Part shown: piece after piece, positions 14,073 through 24,958 of the stretch
Layout: every line of letters starts with the position of its first letter
Numbering within the stretch: position 1 is the first letter of the stretch
Assembly: GCF_001194135.2 (NCBI RefSeq)
Contig: NC_069004.1
Location: 15,974,386-16,038,385, forward strand
DNA length: 64,000 nt
From: Octopus bimaculoides
Taxonomy: Eukaryota
Direction: 5' to 3'
Translations under genes and position numbers: made by a program
Notes under the pieces: generated by a model
Databases searched by the model: none
Seen by the model: only the letters and a program-made list of their open reading frames with translations
Told to the model about the DNA's origin: nothing

Positions 14073-14201
14073 CCACCGAGGTCGACTTTGCTTTTCATCC
14101 TTTCGGGGTCGATAAATTAAGTACCAGTTGTGTACTGGAGTCGATCTAATAGTCTGGCCCCTTTCCCCCAAATTTCAGGCCTTGTGCCTATAATAGAAAG
14201 G
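14073..14201 (+). mobile_element. 5'-truncated SINE with 19-bp TSD
   Basis: TSD attatcacatcagcctact at 14054-14072 and 14202-14220. Body ccaccgaggtcgactttgc...gataaattaagtaccag. Confidence 0.85.
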
Positions 14202-14538
14202 ATTATCACATCAGCCTACTTAATCTGTCACCCATTTTAACGTTAGCCCCTTGCAATTTGGCTGTCCTTAGTATTAGCCACTTTGCTGCTAACATTCGGA
14301 TCAGGTCTCCGGTTTGTGAATATCTTTTCCGTCCCTGTTTCTCTTGGTGACTCTAAAAAGGGTCAAGATCGTTTCGCCTCCCATTATCTAAATTATAAAT
14401 TAAGATGTTACTTCATAGGTGAGAGGGTTGACACCTTTTATCCACAATGTCTTCGTTATATTCTGATGGAAGAAAATAATTTCTTTTTAATCCGATAAGC
14501 TTGAAGCTTTTCTGCCATTGTATTTTAGTTATTGACAG

Positions 14539-14777
14539 TGTAGTACACTGTCCAAGGACTTAGAACAGACGAACTGTAGACAGGAACTTCACTGCGGGTT
14601 AGCTAGTGAGCTTGTCTGCATTGAAGGAGACTTCTGGTTCGGTGGAACTTCTCCGAAGCACGAGTCGGCTGATCGCTCTCTCCCTCACGGTGTATAACTG
14701 AATGTAAGAATATAAATTCTAAATCAACACACTCTTGCTCTCCGTTGATTTTTGTCTATAGCTTAACTAAAGCTATA
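14539..14777 (+). mobile_element. 5' LTR of CsRn1-type Gypsy element, followed by a PBS-like site
   Basis: Starts TGTAGT. Homologous in inverted orientation to 20155-20387. It is followed by ttgtgatccc (resembling TGGTGACCCC) and then gag. Confidence 0.75.
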
Positions 14778-15328
14778 ATTTGTGATCCCACTGAAGAACA
14801 GCAGCTTTTGCATCGCACATTGAAATAAACAAAAGAACAAACATAGCAAGCGATCATATCACAGCACTGGAGCTTCCACGATTCTGGCCGAAGCGGGCTG
14901 ATCTATGGTTCGCGCAGACGGAATTGCAATTTAGCATACACAAAATCACCTCCGACCTAACGAAACGCTCGTACGTAACAGTGGCACTGGATGAAGACAC
15001 GGCAACAAGGGTGCTGGACATTTTAATCCAAGCTCCGGCTACACCCAAATACACCACGTTGAAAGACAGGCTCGTAAACACATTCCGGCTGAGCGACCGG
15101 GAAGCAGCAGCCAAGATACTGGTGTAGGAATTAGGCGATTCCAAGCCTTCGGAGTTGATGGGCAAGATGCTGGTATTAGTTCCTCCCAGTAAGTCACCTT
15201 CCCTTTTGTTTAGGGAAATATTCCTCCGTAAAATACCACCCCTGGTCCGGGCCCTCATCTCAGACCAAGATTAAGGACTTGCGGCAGTTAGCGAAAGCAG
15301 CTAACAAACATTTTTTATCCAGTGGAGT

Positions 15329-16351
15329 TGTAGTGTAGGCTCGGGTGAAATTCCTCTCTCCCATTTATTATATATACGTGCATTCGAACGTAGCAGGGAA
15401 CAGCTAGCCTTTGACCGCTATTTGGATCACGTTGTGTCCACTACTCTGATTGGTTGGTATTGGCACAATTTGTCTCCTACTTGGTTGTGCCAACTTGCCG
15501 CGTATAACCAGTCAGAGGCTCTAAATAGGATCACGTGGGAAGTCTGTTTACTACGCTGTTTTAGCCTAGAGCTCCTTATAAAAACTCAGCTTTTCCTCGC
15601 CTTTTAAGGTATAACCACTGACCACGAAGACACAGCCAGTTCCAGCGACAACGCCAGACGACACCACTACCACAGCAGCTACGTTGAGATTTACCAACTT
15701 TGTCACCATGATATTCAACGAACCTCCTTCTTCATCAACACCATCATGTCCTTTTTAACGTCGTCAACATCATCTCTCTACGTACTCAGCAAGCAATTCA
15801 CCCAGGTTCCAACAGTTCACTGTTCGTGAATTATTTCACAACGGATCAACAGCGAATATACAACCTGTATGAACTCATGTACCAAGTAACCCAGGCGTAG
15901 TATGACAGCCACGACTTCACGTACGACACGTACCTGTAACCGGCTCAGCATCATAGCCGCAACTTCAACATACAGTATTTTAACTACTGTGTACTACTGA
16001 CTACGAACTGGTATCATTATTTTTCTTGTGTCTATGAACTTGTTGGCTTGTGGACACTTTTACTGTCTTTTTCTTATTACCATCCTTATATGTACTTAAC
16101 ACGCGCATACATACATGTTTACATACATACATTCTGTTCTCATGACGGCCTGTCACTTATTCTGTATACATGACGCACACACAGATACACATGTTATCAT
16201 AACAATAAATGTTCTCTTAATCATTCTTATGCGGTTGTGTCTCTTTCCCTCTGGCATTTATTCGTTCTATTCCATTTCTCTTTATTGTAACGGTCGTGTG
16301 ATGTGGTACGAAAGAGCCATTCTCGTCACTTCACGTCACAAGGCCCTCACA
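15329..16351 (+). mobile_element. Solo LTR (about 1.02 kb), copy 1, inserted in gag
   Basis: TG...CA ends and 4-bp TSD gagt/gggt. Removing it restores the gag frame (SSGVMMNAMG). Shares gtgtccactac.ctgattggtt, CACGTG and a TATA box with copies 2 and 3. Confidence 0.8.
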
Positions 16352-16797
16352 GGGTTATGATGAACGCGATGGGGTCAGCCCCGAGACATGGTAGAGTTAA
16401 AGAAGACGACCTGTTCTTTTACCACACAAAGTTCGGGGAAAAAAAGGCTACCAGGTTTAAACAACCATGTAGCTTCAAGACCCCTTGACCATTGGCCCCG
16501 GAAAACTCCAGGGTCGGCCGCCATTGAATACGCTGGTGGTCGGCAAACACGATCAACTGCTCCTGTATGTCCACGATCGGAGCTCCGAACGTAGGTTCCT
16601 AATCGATACAGGAGCAGAAGTCAGCGTGATCCGAGCATTGGTAAGGGACCCCCCCCCCCCCGTTACGGAAAGTAGGACCAACCTTTAACAGCCGCTAACG
16701 GCTCCACAATCGGGGCGTATGGTTGCCGCATCCTTTCTCTCTTGATCGGCTCACAAACATACACATGGGCATTCACTATTGTTGATGTTAATCAGCC

Positions 16798-17827
16798 TGT
16801 AAAAGAATGACCGTGCGAACCAAAGGAGAATGGCGACGAGACGGAAAAGGCTCCTTTTAACGCGTCGCACGGTCAAACACAAAAACAAATGTTATATAAC
16901 ATAGTCGGCTCGCCGTGAGAGATTGCGAGCCAAGTGCCAGTAAAAGGAACAAGATAGTGACAGACAACCGTTATATATATATAAGGAGAGTAAGTTTATT
17001 AACATAGTGAAACTGTAGTGTCTGTGTGTACGTGCATGCGGCATATATAAATAACACGGTAGATAAGTCAGGCCTTCGTGTAAGCAAGAGTGTGTGTACA
17101 ATATGTGAGAGTACAATATGTGTGTGTGAGAGAGAGGAATACAGAACATTGAAAGGGTGTCTGTAACATAGACTATAAAAGTCCTAAACACAGAGATAGA
17201 GAAATACCAGTTCGTATAAGAGTTACACAAGGAGATAGAATGTTCATACGCAGGAAGTTGTGGCCGAGAGAGCACAGCTGTGGTGTCACACGTTGTGTGT
17301 GTTGAGCGTCGATGCTGTAGACCGGTTACCTGGTACAGAATATTCTAGCAGTTTGGTTCTGACTGTTAACTTCGTGGTGGAAATAATCCACTCAAACAGT
17401 GTCGAGATGAAACCGCGTTTGTTGATGTTGGTGTGTACTCTGGTAGTGGTGTTGCTGGCGACGACATTGTAGTAGATAATACATTGGTGGTGAAGACGTC
17501 GTTGCTGGAAACTGGCTGGTTGGTATGTGGTCAAACGACCAGACCTGAAAAAGTCTGTGGTCGCGACGACTGGCGGGTTCAAACAGGCCTATTTATAGAG
17601 GAAATAGGCTCCAGAAAACAGGCAGAAATCACTCTCTCACGTGACCTTATTAGAAGTCCACGATTGGACGGTATGCACCCTGGCGCGAAACAGAACTGGT
17701 GATGATTGCCGCGCAAATGAGAACCAATCAGGGTAGTGGACACAAGGGTCCAAGGCAGCCGAAGGCTAGATGTTAGCCGCTTCGTTATCATTTGTGATTG
17801 AATGCCCGAGAGAGAGGTTTCACTACA
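16798..17827 (-). mobile_element. Solo LTR (about 1.03 kb), copy 2, inserted in the protease region
   Basis: TGTA...TACA ends and TSD agcc/aacc. Removing it restores DVNQPIIGADFL. Confidence 0.85.
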
Positions 17828-18673
17828 AACCCATTATCGGAGCAGACTTCCTTCAAGCACACACACTACTAGTTGATCTTCAGGGGAGACGATTCGTCAA
17901 CAGTAACACACACGCTGCGTGTCTGTTGCAACATCTGAACGTGCCCCACCCCCACCCCCACCTGCATAGCAACCGTCTCTCAAATCGAGAACGAATTCTC
18001 GAATCTCCTTGCGAGTCACCCCAATCTCACTACCCCGACATTCTGCAAACATTACAGTCCGCCACGGAGTGACGCACCACATCCCCACCAACGGCCTCCT
18101 AGTGCACACCCGCGCACGTCAGCTACCACCAGACAAACTTGCTATTGCAAAGGTTGAGTTTGACAATATGGGGTCGTTGAGCATTGTCGCCTATCAATCA
18201 GTCCCTGGTTGTCACCCCTGTATGTGGCACCGAGGCCCAACGAAGGTTTTCGACCTTGCAGAGATTACCGCCGCCTCAACGCTGACACGACACCCGACCG
18301 CTCCCACATTCCACACATACAAGATTCCCAGCCCAGCTAGCCGGGTGCTCTGTTTTCTCGAAGGTCAACCTCATTCGAGGTTATCACCAAATACCCGTAC
18401 GAAACGATGATGTACCACTATGATCACTCCTTTCGGACGGTACGAATTCCTACGTACACCCATCGGTCTAAAAAACGCAGCACAATCCTTCCAACGCTTG
18501 ATGGACACCGTGTGCAGGGGCCTCAATTTTATCATTGCATACTTAGATGACATCTTTATCGTATGTCAGAATGTGAAGCTACAAAAGAAGCACCTAGTGA
18601 CCCTTTTTGATAGACTAACACTGTACACATTATTTACATTTGACGGATATTCGTCCTCATCTTGTTTGTTGTT

Positions 18674-18719
18674 AACACAACGTTTCGGCTGATATACCCT
18701 CCAGCCTTCGTCAGGTGTC
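18674..18719 (-). ncRNA. Minimal type I hammerhead ribozyme (intact core)
   Basis: GACAC CUGACGA A GGCUG-gagggtatat-CAGCC GAAA C GUU / GUGUU. Stem I is 5 bp, stem II is 5 bp, and helix III is the palindrome AACGUU. Confidence 0.75.
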
Positions 18720-18845
18720 TTGGGGAAATTTCGAACCTGGTTTCTCATTCCTATCGATGTTACTATTATTATTATTATTATTATTATTATATTATTATTA
18801 TTATTACTATTATTAATCAGGTCGCTGCCGTGAATCGAACCCCAA

Positions 18846-18891
18846 GACACCTGACGAAGGCTGGAGGGTATATCAGCCGAAACGCTGTGTT
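18846..18891 (+). ncRNA. Hammerhead ribozyme copy with U16.1->C change (probably inactive)
   Basis: GACAC CTGACGA A GGCTG..CAGCC GAAAC GCT GTGTT. Confidence 0.6.
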
Positions 18892-19239
18892 AACAACAAA
18901 CAAGATGAGGGCGAATATTCGTCAAATGTAAATAATGTAAATAATGTAAATAATTCCTCATCTCTTAAATATAGAACTGTAACACTGTACAGTTTAATGA
19001 TCAACTCCGTCAAGTGTGTTTTTGGTGTTACAGAAATTGACTTCCTGGGACATCGAATCACAGGTGCTGATGCTACACCCCTTCTAGAAAAAGTGAAAGC
19101 CATCCTGTCCTTTCCATGCCCCACCACAGGCAAGGCTCTACACCAATTTGTGAGTATGGTAAACTTTTACCATTGTTTCATCCCCTCTGCAGCAAGAGTG
19201 ATGAGACTCTTGTACAAAGTGCTATCAGGAAAAAGATTG

Positions 19240-19885
19240 ATGGTGTATCTTCGATCGGTGGGGAACTAGCGGTGCTGTAATTTCCCTCTCCTCGTTTTCC
19301 TGCTTGCAATAGTTCGCTCTGTGCCCAGGTGAGCACCATTGGTTTTGGTTCCGTACATTCCCTGACCATGTGCGGACGTCGACATCTAAAGCATGGTCCC
19401 TTAGCCGTTTGTCACACAATACTTCTGTTGTTGTTCATCACCTGCCTCTCCGGTCTACTCGTATCCGCTGTCACTGTTGCCGCCACATCGTGTTTGTTGC
19501 TTTGCGTCCACACTCGCATCTTATCCACCGTTTCTCCTACTGACATCGTTTCGATGTCCGGCATCTGCTGCTGATGTACTGAGATATGATCGAGAAATCT
19601 GGTCACAAAAGCTAATTTCACCATCCGTTCCATCGCTGCTCCAGGAAACCCTGCTACGCCCGCTAACCTTGTGATCTCGCTCACATAATTATCTATCTAC
19701 TCACCAGTCTATCTTATTCTCCCGAGCTTACTGTAGACTTTGAACTCACCTTCCATGTATGGTCCTTCAGACGCTCTTCAATTTTTTCAACTTTCTCCTG
19801 GTCCGCTTCGTCCATTTCCTAGCAGAGATTTTAAGAACACTGCTTTCTAAGTACAGCGGCATAAGACTAGCTACATCTTCAATAC
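19240..19885 (-). mobile_element. gag of a second, unrelated Gypsy family
   Basis: IEDVASLMPLYLE...ITRLAGVAGF..ERMVKLAFV..PDIETMSV...CFRCRRPHMVREC (zinc knuckle). Confidence 0.7.
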
Positions 19886-20154
19886 NNNNNNNNNNNNNNN
19901 NNNNNNNNNNNNNNNNNNNNNNNNNNNNNNNNNNNNNNNNNNNNNNNNNNNNNNNNNNNNNNNNNNNNNNNNNNNNNNNNNNNNNNNNNNNNNNNNNNNN
20001 NNNNNNNNNNNNNNNNNNNNNNNNNNNNNNNNNNNNNNNNNNNNNNNNNNNTTTCAATACATCGCTGCTGATTCTGATCTTTTGTAGTCATCGCGCGTCG
20101 GCGATTGAAAGGCAGGAGCGCAAAAACAAGAAGAACAAAAATTCGGAAAACGAA

Positions 20155-21090
20155 AAGGCTTTAGTTAAGGTATATGCAACTAAATCAACGGAGAGCAAGC
20201 GTGTGTTACTTTAGGATTTATTTTCATACATTCGGTTATACACCGTGAGGGTGAGAACAATCGACCGACTCATGCTTCGTCCTGAGAACCGGACGTCCCT
20301 TTCAATGCAGACAAGCTCACTAGCTAACCCGCAGTGCAGTTCCTATCAAAAGTTCGTCTGTTCTAAGTCTTTGGGCAATGCCCTACATATAGCTACCCCC
20401 ACCCCAGAACTGTTGACTGTCATTGGAAATGGGAAGGTGTTTTAACCACCCTGCCCGTGTGTGTAGTTATTCGGCTCTTTGGTGACTGTTCGTTGTCAAG
20501 GGTTGGGGTGATTTGCCTGGGGCGGCCCCTGTTTGAGCTACTTGGACGAGGCTGTCAATATCGAGATGGACAGGTTTCAATCTATCGATGGAAACCATGT
20601 CTTGTCGTCCGTTAATCAGGAATTAGAATGATTTGTCTCCCGGGCATATCACTTCGTAAGGATCATTGGGTACGGATGATTTAAGTGTACCATGTGCTGA
20701 CATGGGAATAGGACGTAACTGACCCACACTATCTCTCAGTTTCGCGAGGTATCTTTTGACATTTGGGTCTGACTTTGTGGGTGGAAGAAATTCTTCTGGC
20801 ACCGTAAGTGGAGCACTATACAGCATTTCCGCGGAAGAAATGTTGAGGCTTTCCTTTTGGGCGGTGCAGATTCCCAGCATCACCTATGGAAGTTGTTCGA
20901 TCCAATTGGGTCCGTTAAGTCTGGTTGTCAGGGATTCATTAAGGCGACGGTGAAATTTCTCCTCTAACCTGTTGGAAATCTCTCCTCTAACCCGATAGAT
21001 ATTGTGGGACCCCTGCTACGAAGGATATGCAGTACTCAATACAGAACGCCCCCCCCCACATCCCAGCAATCAGGCATGTAGGAGCTCTTT
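20155..21090 (-). mobile_element. CsRn1-type integrase C-terminus, PPT and 3' LTR in inverted orientation
   Basis: ERFHRRL..NWIEQLP*VMLGI..SSAEMLYSAPLTVPEEF..VSIDRLKP. PPT GGGGTGGGGG at about 20396-20406. The LTR starts TGTAGGGC at 20387 and is homologous to 14539-14777. Confidence 0.85.
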
Positions 21091-22075
21091 TTCAATATAC
21101 AAAGTTGTCTTGACTTCTTAAAAAACGTAATGGATTCTCTTTTATGATAAATAACCATAGATTTTGCCACCAATTAAAAAACGGTTTATTACCCAGTCCC
21201 GAAGCAGCTACAGTTCCCTTGGGAATTGTAGCTGTTTCTGAGCTAACGACAGAGAAAAGGGAAACAATAGAAAACATTTGAAAATGTATATATGTATGCA
21301 TGCATGTTACATGCTACATTGAACTTCCGCTCAGATTTCTGCGTAAGTAGAAATCGATAAGGGTCAATATAAGGCACACGTAATGAAAATGGAATGACAA
21401 TACAAACTTACTTATAAGAGTGAATGATAAAGACGATGAATCGGCCAAGGAACCGACAGGAAAATGTCATGTACGTATACACAAGGTGCAAAAGGAAGAT
21501 ATTCATGATACATGCGCAAAATGGGACTTAGCGTGGTATGTGTGCACCAGATTCAAGTGATGCCTACGCTGCATGTGCACTCTGCAAATAGGCTTGCAAG
21601 ATGCACTTGTATGGAATAACATCATGCACCCATGCTTACAGTGAAGTCTATCGAAAATAAATCAGGCATAAGCTTTCATATAAGTGGGTCTGTGGAAATG
21701 TGATATGAACAATGATATAAATATCTTGCAAAAATACATATATAGTTTGTCTTCGTGCCGCCGTGTCCTAAATGAATATTAAGTTGGGTAGGCTGTGGAG
21801 ATGTTTAACTGCATGACTAAGTCATTACATGTATTGTCTGTAGCCATGTCAATGTGTGTACGCGTGCATACATAAAATAAATCAAAATTAAATGTAAAAT
21901 GAATACATCAGAGAGAAAGGAAATACTTGGTGCTTGGTGATAGACATGTTTAAAACAGTTGATTGATAACAATTTAAATGAAATAACGCTATTTCTTTCT
22001 AATGAAAAAATAACGGTGCCGCTTTAGCGTGCGGTCTACCTTAGCGTAATTCTAACCCTAAAGTAACCTTAAACC

Positions 22076-23117
22076 TGTAATATAGAACGACCGTGCAAAC
22101 CAAAGGAGATGGCGACGAAGTGGAAGATGACTCCTTTAAACGCGTCGCACGGTCGAACACAAAAACATATTATATATTATTGGTAGGCTCGCCGTGAGAG
22201 ATGCGAGCCAAGTGCCAGTAAAAGGAAGAGAGTGACAGAGACAACCGTTAGAGTTATAAAGAGAGTAGTTTATTAACATAGTTAAACTGTAGTGTCTGTG
22301 TGTGCGTGCATGCGGCATATATAAATAACACAATACGTAAGTCAGGCCTTCGTGTACAAGAGTATGTATACAACAATATGAAATGACGGACCGTCGTATA
22401 AGCAAGAGTGTGTGTACAATATGTGTGTGTGTGTGAGAGAGAGGAACACAGAACATAGAAAGAGTGTCTGTAACATAGACTATAAAAGTCCTAAACACAG
22501 AGATAGAGAAATACCAGTTCGTATAAGAATTACACAAGGAGATAGAATGTTCATACGCAGGAAGTTGTGGCCGAGAGAGCTGAGCTGTGGTGTCACACGT
22601 TGTGTGTGTTGAGCGTCGATGCTGTAGACCGGTTACCTGGTACAGAATATTCTAGCAGGTTGGTTCTGACTGTTAACTTCGTGGTGGAAATAATCCACTC
22701 AAACAGTGTCGAGATGAAACCGCGTTTGTTGATGTTGGTGTGTACTCTGGTAGTGNNNNNNNNNNNNNNNNNNNNNNNNNNNNNNNNNNNNNNNNNNNNN
22801 NNNNNNNNNNNNNNNNNNNNNNNNNNNNNNNNNNNNNNNNNNNNNNNNNNNNNNNNNNNNNNNNNNNNNNNNACAGGCCTATTTATAGAGGAAATAGGCT
22901 CCAGAAAACAGGCAGAAATCACTCTCTCACGTGACCTTATTAGAAGGCCACGATTGGACGGTATGCACCCTGGCGCGAAACAGAACTGGTGATGATTGCC
23001 GCGCAAATGAGAACCAATCAGGGTAGTGGACACAAGGGTCCAAGGCAGCCGAAGGCTAGATGTTAGCCGCTTCGTTATCATTTGTGATTGAATGCCCGAG
23101 TGAGTGGCTTCACTACA
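22076..23117 (-). mobile_element. Solo LTR, copy 3, inserted in a degenerate TAACCC tract
   Basis: TGTA...CACTACA ends and TSD aacc/gacc. Near-identical to copy 2 over about 22530-23100. Contains an N-gap. Confidence 0.85.
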
Positions 23118-23869
23118 GACCCTAACCCTAATCCTAACCTAGATCAGGTCATTTTACAGCGTAGACAACGGACACTGCAGTAGAACGGATGCTAAAGTAG
23201 TATCGAAATAGCGGATAAAAAGTGTCTAAGACAGTCTATTTCCATAGACCATTAAATACAGTCGTCATTTGATTTTGGTGATTCTAGAATTTTGTAGAGA
23301 GATTGTAAGTCCACGTATTTTCTCCTTAGATCACCCCCTGGTAATGCTGCTGTGTCTCGCGTAACAGGTGGCTGCCGTTTCGTAGTTGGTACTGTTATTT
23401 CTGACTGAAGCAAGGCGGCAATGAAGTCGAAAATTGGCTTCAAGTTGTGAAAAACAGTAAGCTATATCCACAATTAGAAGGAAAACAAAAAACAGCCTTA
23501 TGTTAATAGTTGATTTAAAAAGCTGATGTAGTTAGTTTTACTGTAGTTATAGCAACAAGTCAAAACACAGCTTGAAATTTTCATGTCGTAAAATAAAAAA
23601 AATACCACAGAACCATGAAGGAAATAATTACTGAACTTGCAAATGAACGTGGTGTTCTGCCATAAAAAATGCCTGTTCAATTATAAAAATATCTGTTTGA
23701 AAGTTTTCAGGTCAAAATTTTAATAGGCTTATTTGTAGCTGTTAAACCAGAAACATGAGTACTTTTGTTGTTTTCTCGAAGTTCAGGGGGTCATCTTCAA
23801 TTGTGATAATTGTGTTTTACAAAGTCAAATATGTTGTAGAAAATGTTATAGAAATTATACACATATACA

Positions 23870-24240
23870 TAGGTGCAGGAGTGGCTGTGTTGTAAGTAGC
23901 TTGCTTACCAACCACATGGTTCCGGGTTCAGTCCCACTGCGTGGCACCTTGGGCAAAGCCTTGTGAGTGGATTTGGTAGACAGAAACTGAAAGAAGCCCG
24001 TCGTATATATGTATATGTATATATGTGTGTGTGTGTGTGTGTGTGTTTTTGTGTGTCTGTGTTTGTACCCCCAACATCGCTTGACAACCGATGCTGGTGT
24101 GTTTACGTCCCCGTAACTTAGCGGTTCGGCAAAATAGACCGATAGAATAAGTACTAGGCTTACAAAGAATAAGTCCTGGGGTCGATTTGCTCGACTAGAG
24201 GCGGTGCTCCAGCATGACTGAAACAAGTAAAAGAGTAAAA
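23870..24240 (+). mobile_element. Near full-length tRNA-derived SINE with internal microsatellite
   Basis: A-box-like TGGCTGTGTTG, B-box GGTTCAGTCCC, central (TA)/(TG) tract and tail gaaacaagtaaaagagtaaaa. Confidence 0.85.
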
Positions 24241-24624
24241 AAGTATATAAATGTTTGCTTGCAAAGTTAAGTTTACCAACAGATTATGGTTAGTTGTATT
24301 TTAAAAAAAACTAAGTGATTTTTATTTTTATCGTTCTTTTAACTGGTAAAAGTTAATCCGTCAAAGTGATCGATGTCACAAGCTGTATTGTGTCATCTGA
24401 ATGTAATGACAATAAGAAAATATGCAGCTCCAGTGCTTTGTGGGAAATTCCTAGTATATTTTTGCCTACGTTTATCCTAAATTATCCAAGCACATTGCGT
24501 TAGTGCTGCTACGATGTTGAAATATAGTGAGAGTGCTCTGTCTTCCTATTATGATTTTAACAAATAAAATTGTTTCATCAGGGTTTTAGCGAAAAATTCA
24601 TTAAATAACGTGACAATAGGGAGA

Positions 24625-24657
<33 letters not shown>

Positions 24658-24903
24658 NNNNNNNNNNNNNNNNNNNNNNNNNNNNNNNNNNNNNNNNNNN
24701 NNNNNNNNNNNNNNNNNNNNNNNNNNNNNNNNNNNNNNNNNNNNNNNNNNNNNNNNNNNNNNNNNNNNNNNNNNNNNNNNNNNNNNNNNNNNNNNNNNNN
24801 NNNNNNNNNNNNNNNNNNNNNNNNNNNNNNNNNNNNNNNNNNNNNNNNNNNNNNNNNNNNNNNNNNNNNNNNNNNNNNNNNNNNNNNNNNNNNNNNNNNN
24901 NNN

Positions 24904-24942
<39 letters not shown>

Positions 24943-24958
24943 TGCGTGCATAGGATTA

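Larger units (their letters stand above)
18628..18979. mobile_element. Hammerhead-ribozyme-bearing short retroposon, inverted two-arm insertion with 12-bp TSD
   Basis: TSD taacactgtaca at 18616-18627 and 18980-18991. Removal restores RT DRLTLYSLMINSVKCVFG. The minus arm reads B-box-like GGTTCGATTC, (AAT)n, HHR, tail. The plus arm reads HHR, tail. Confidence 0.88.
14539..19240 (+). mobile_element. Ty3/Gypsy (CsRn1-like) retrotransposon, gag-protease-RT, with three nested insertions
   Basis: Gag: LPRFWPKRADLWFAQ...ELGDSKPSELM and FYHTKFG..R.KQPCSF (CHCC knuckle). Protease: FLIDTGAEVSV (about 16605). RT: TPFGRYEF..PIGLKNAAQSFQRLMD..YLDD (18540-18551) and KCVFG..IDFLGH. RNase H is absent. Confidence 0.92.

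Noticed and set aside
23252-23443. Possible MULE transposase C-terminal fragment (RRKYVDLQSLYKIL)
   Set aside because: The similarity is too short and no catalytic motif or TIR was found.
23870-23945. Possible tRNA gene (also at 9938-10095 and 52612-52680)
   Set aside because: A/B boxes are present but there is no cloverleaf, and the sequence continues into SINE body. These are tRNA-derived SINE heads.
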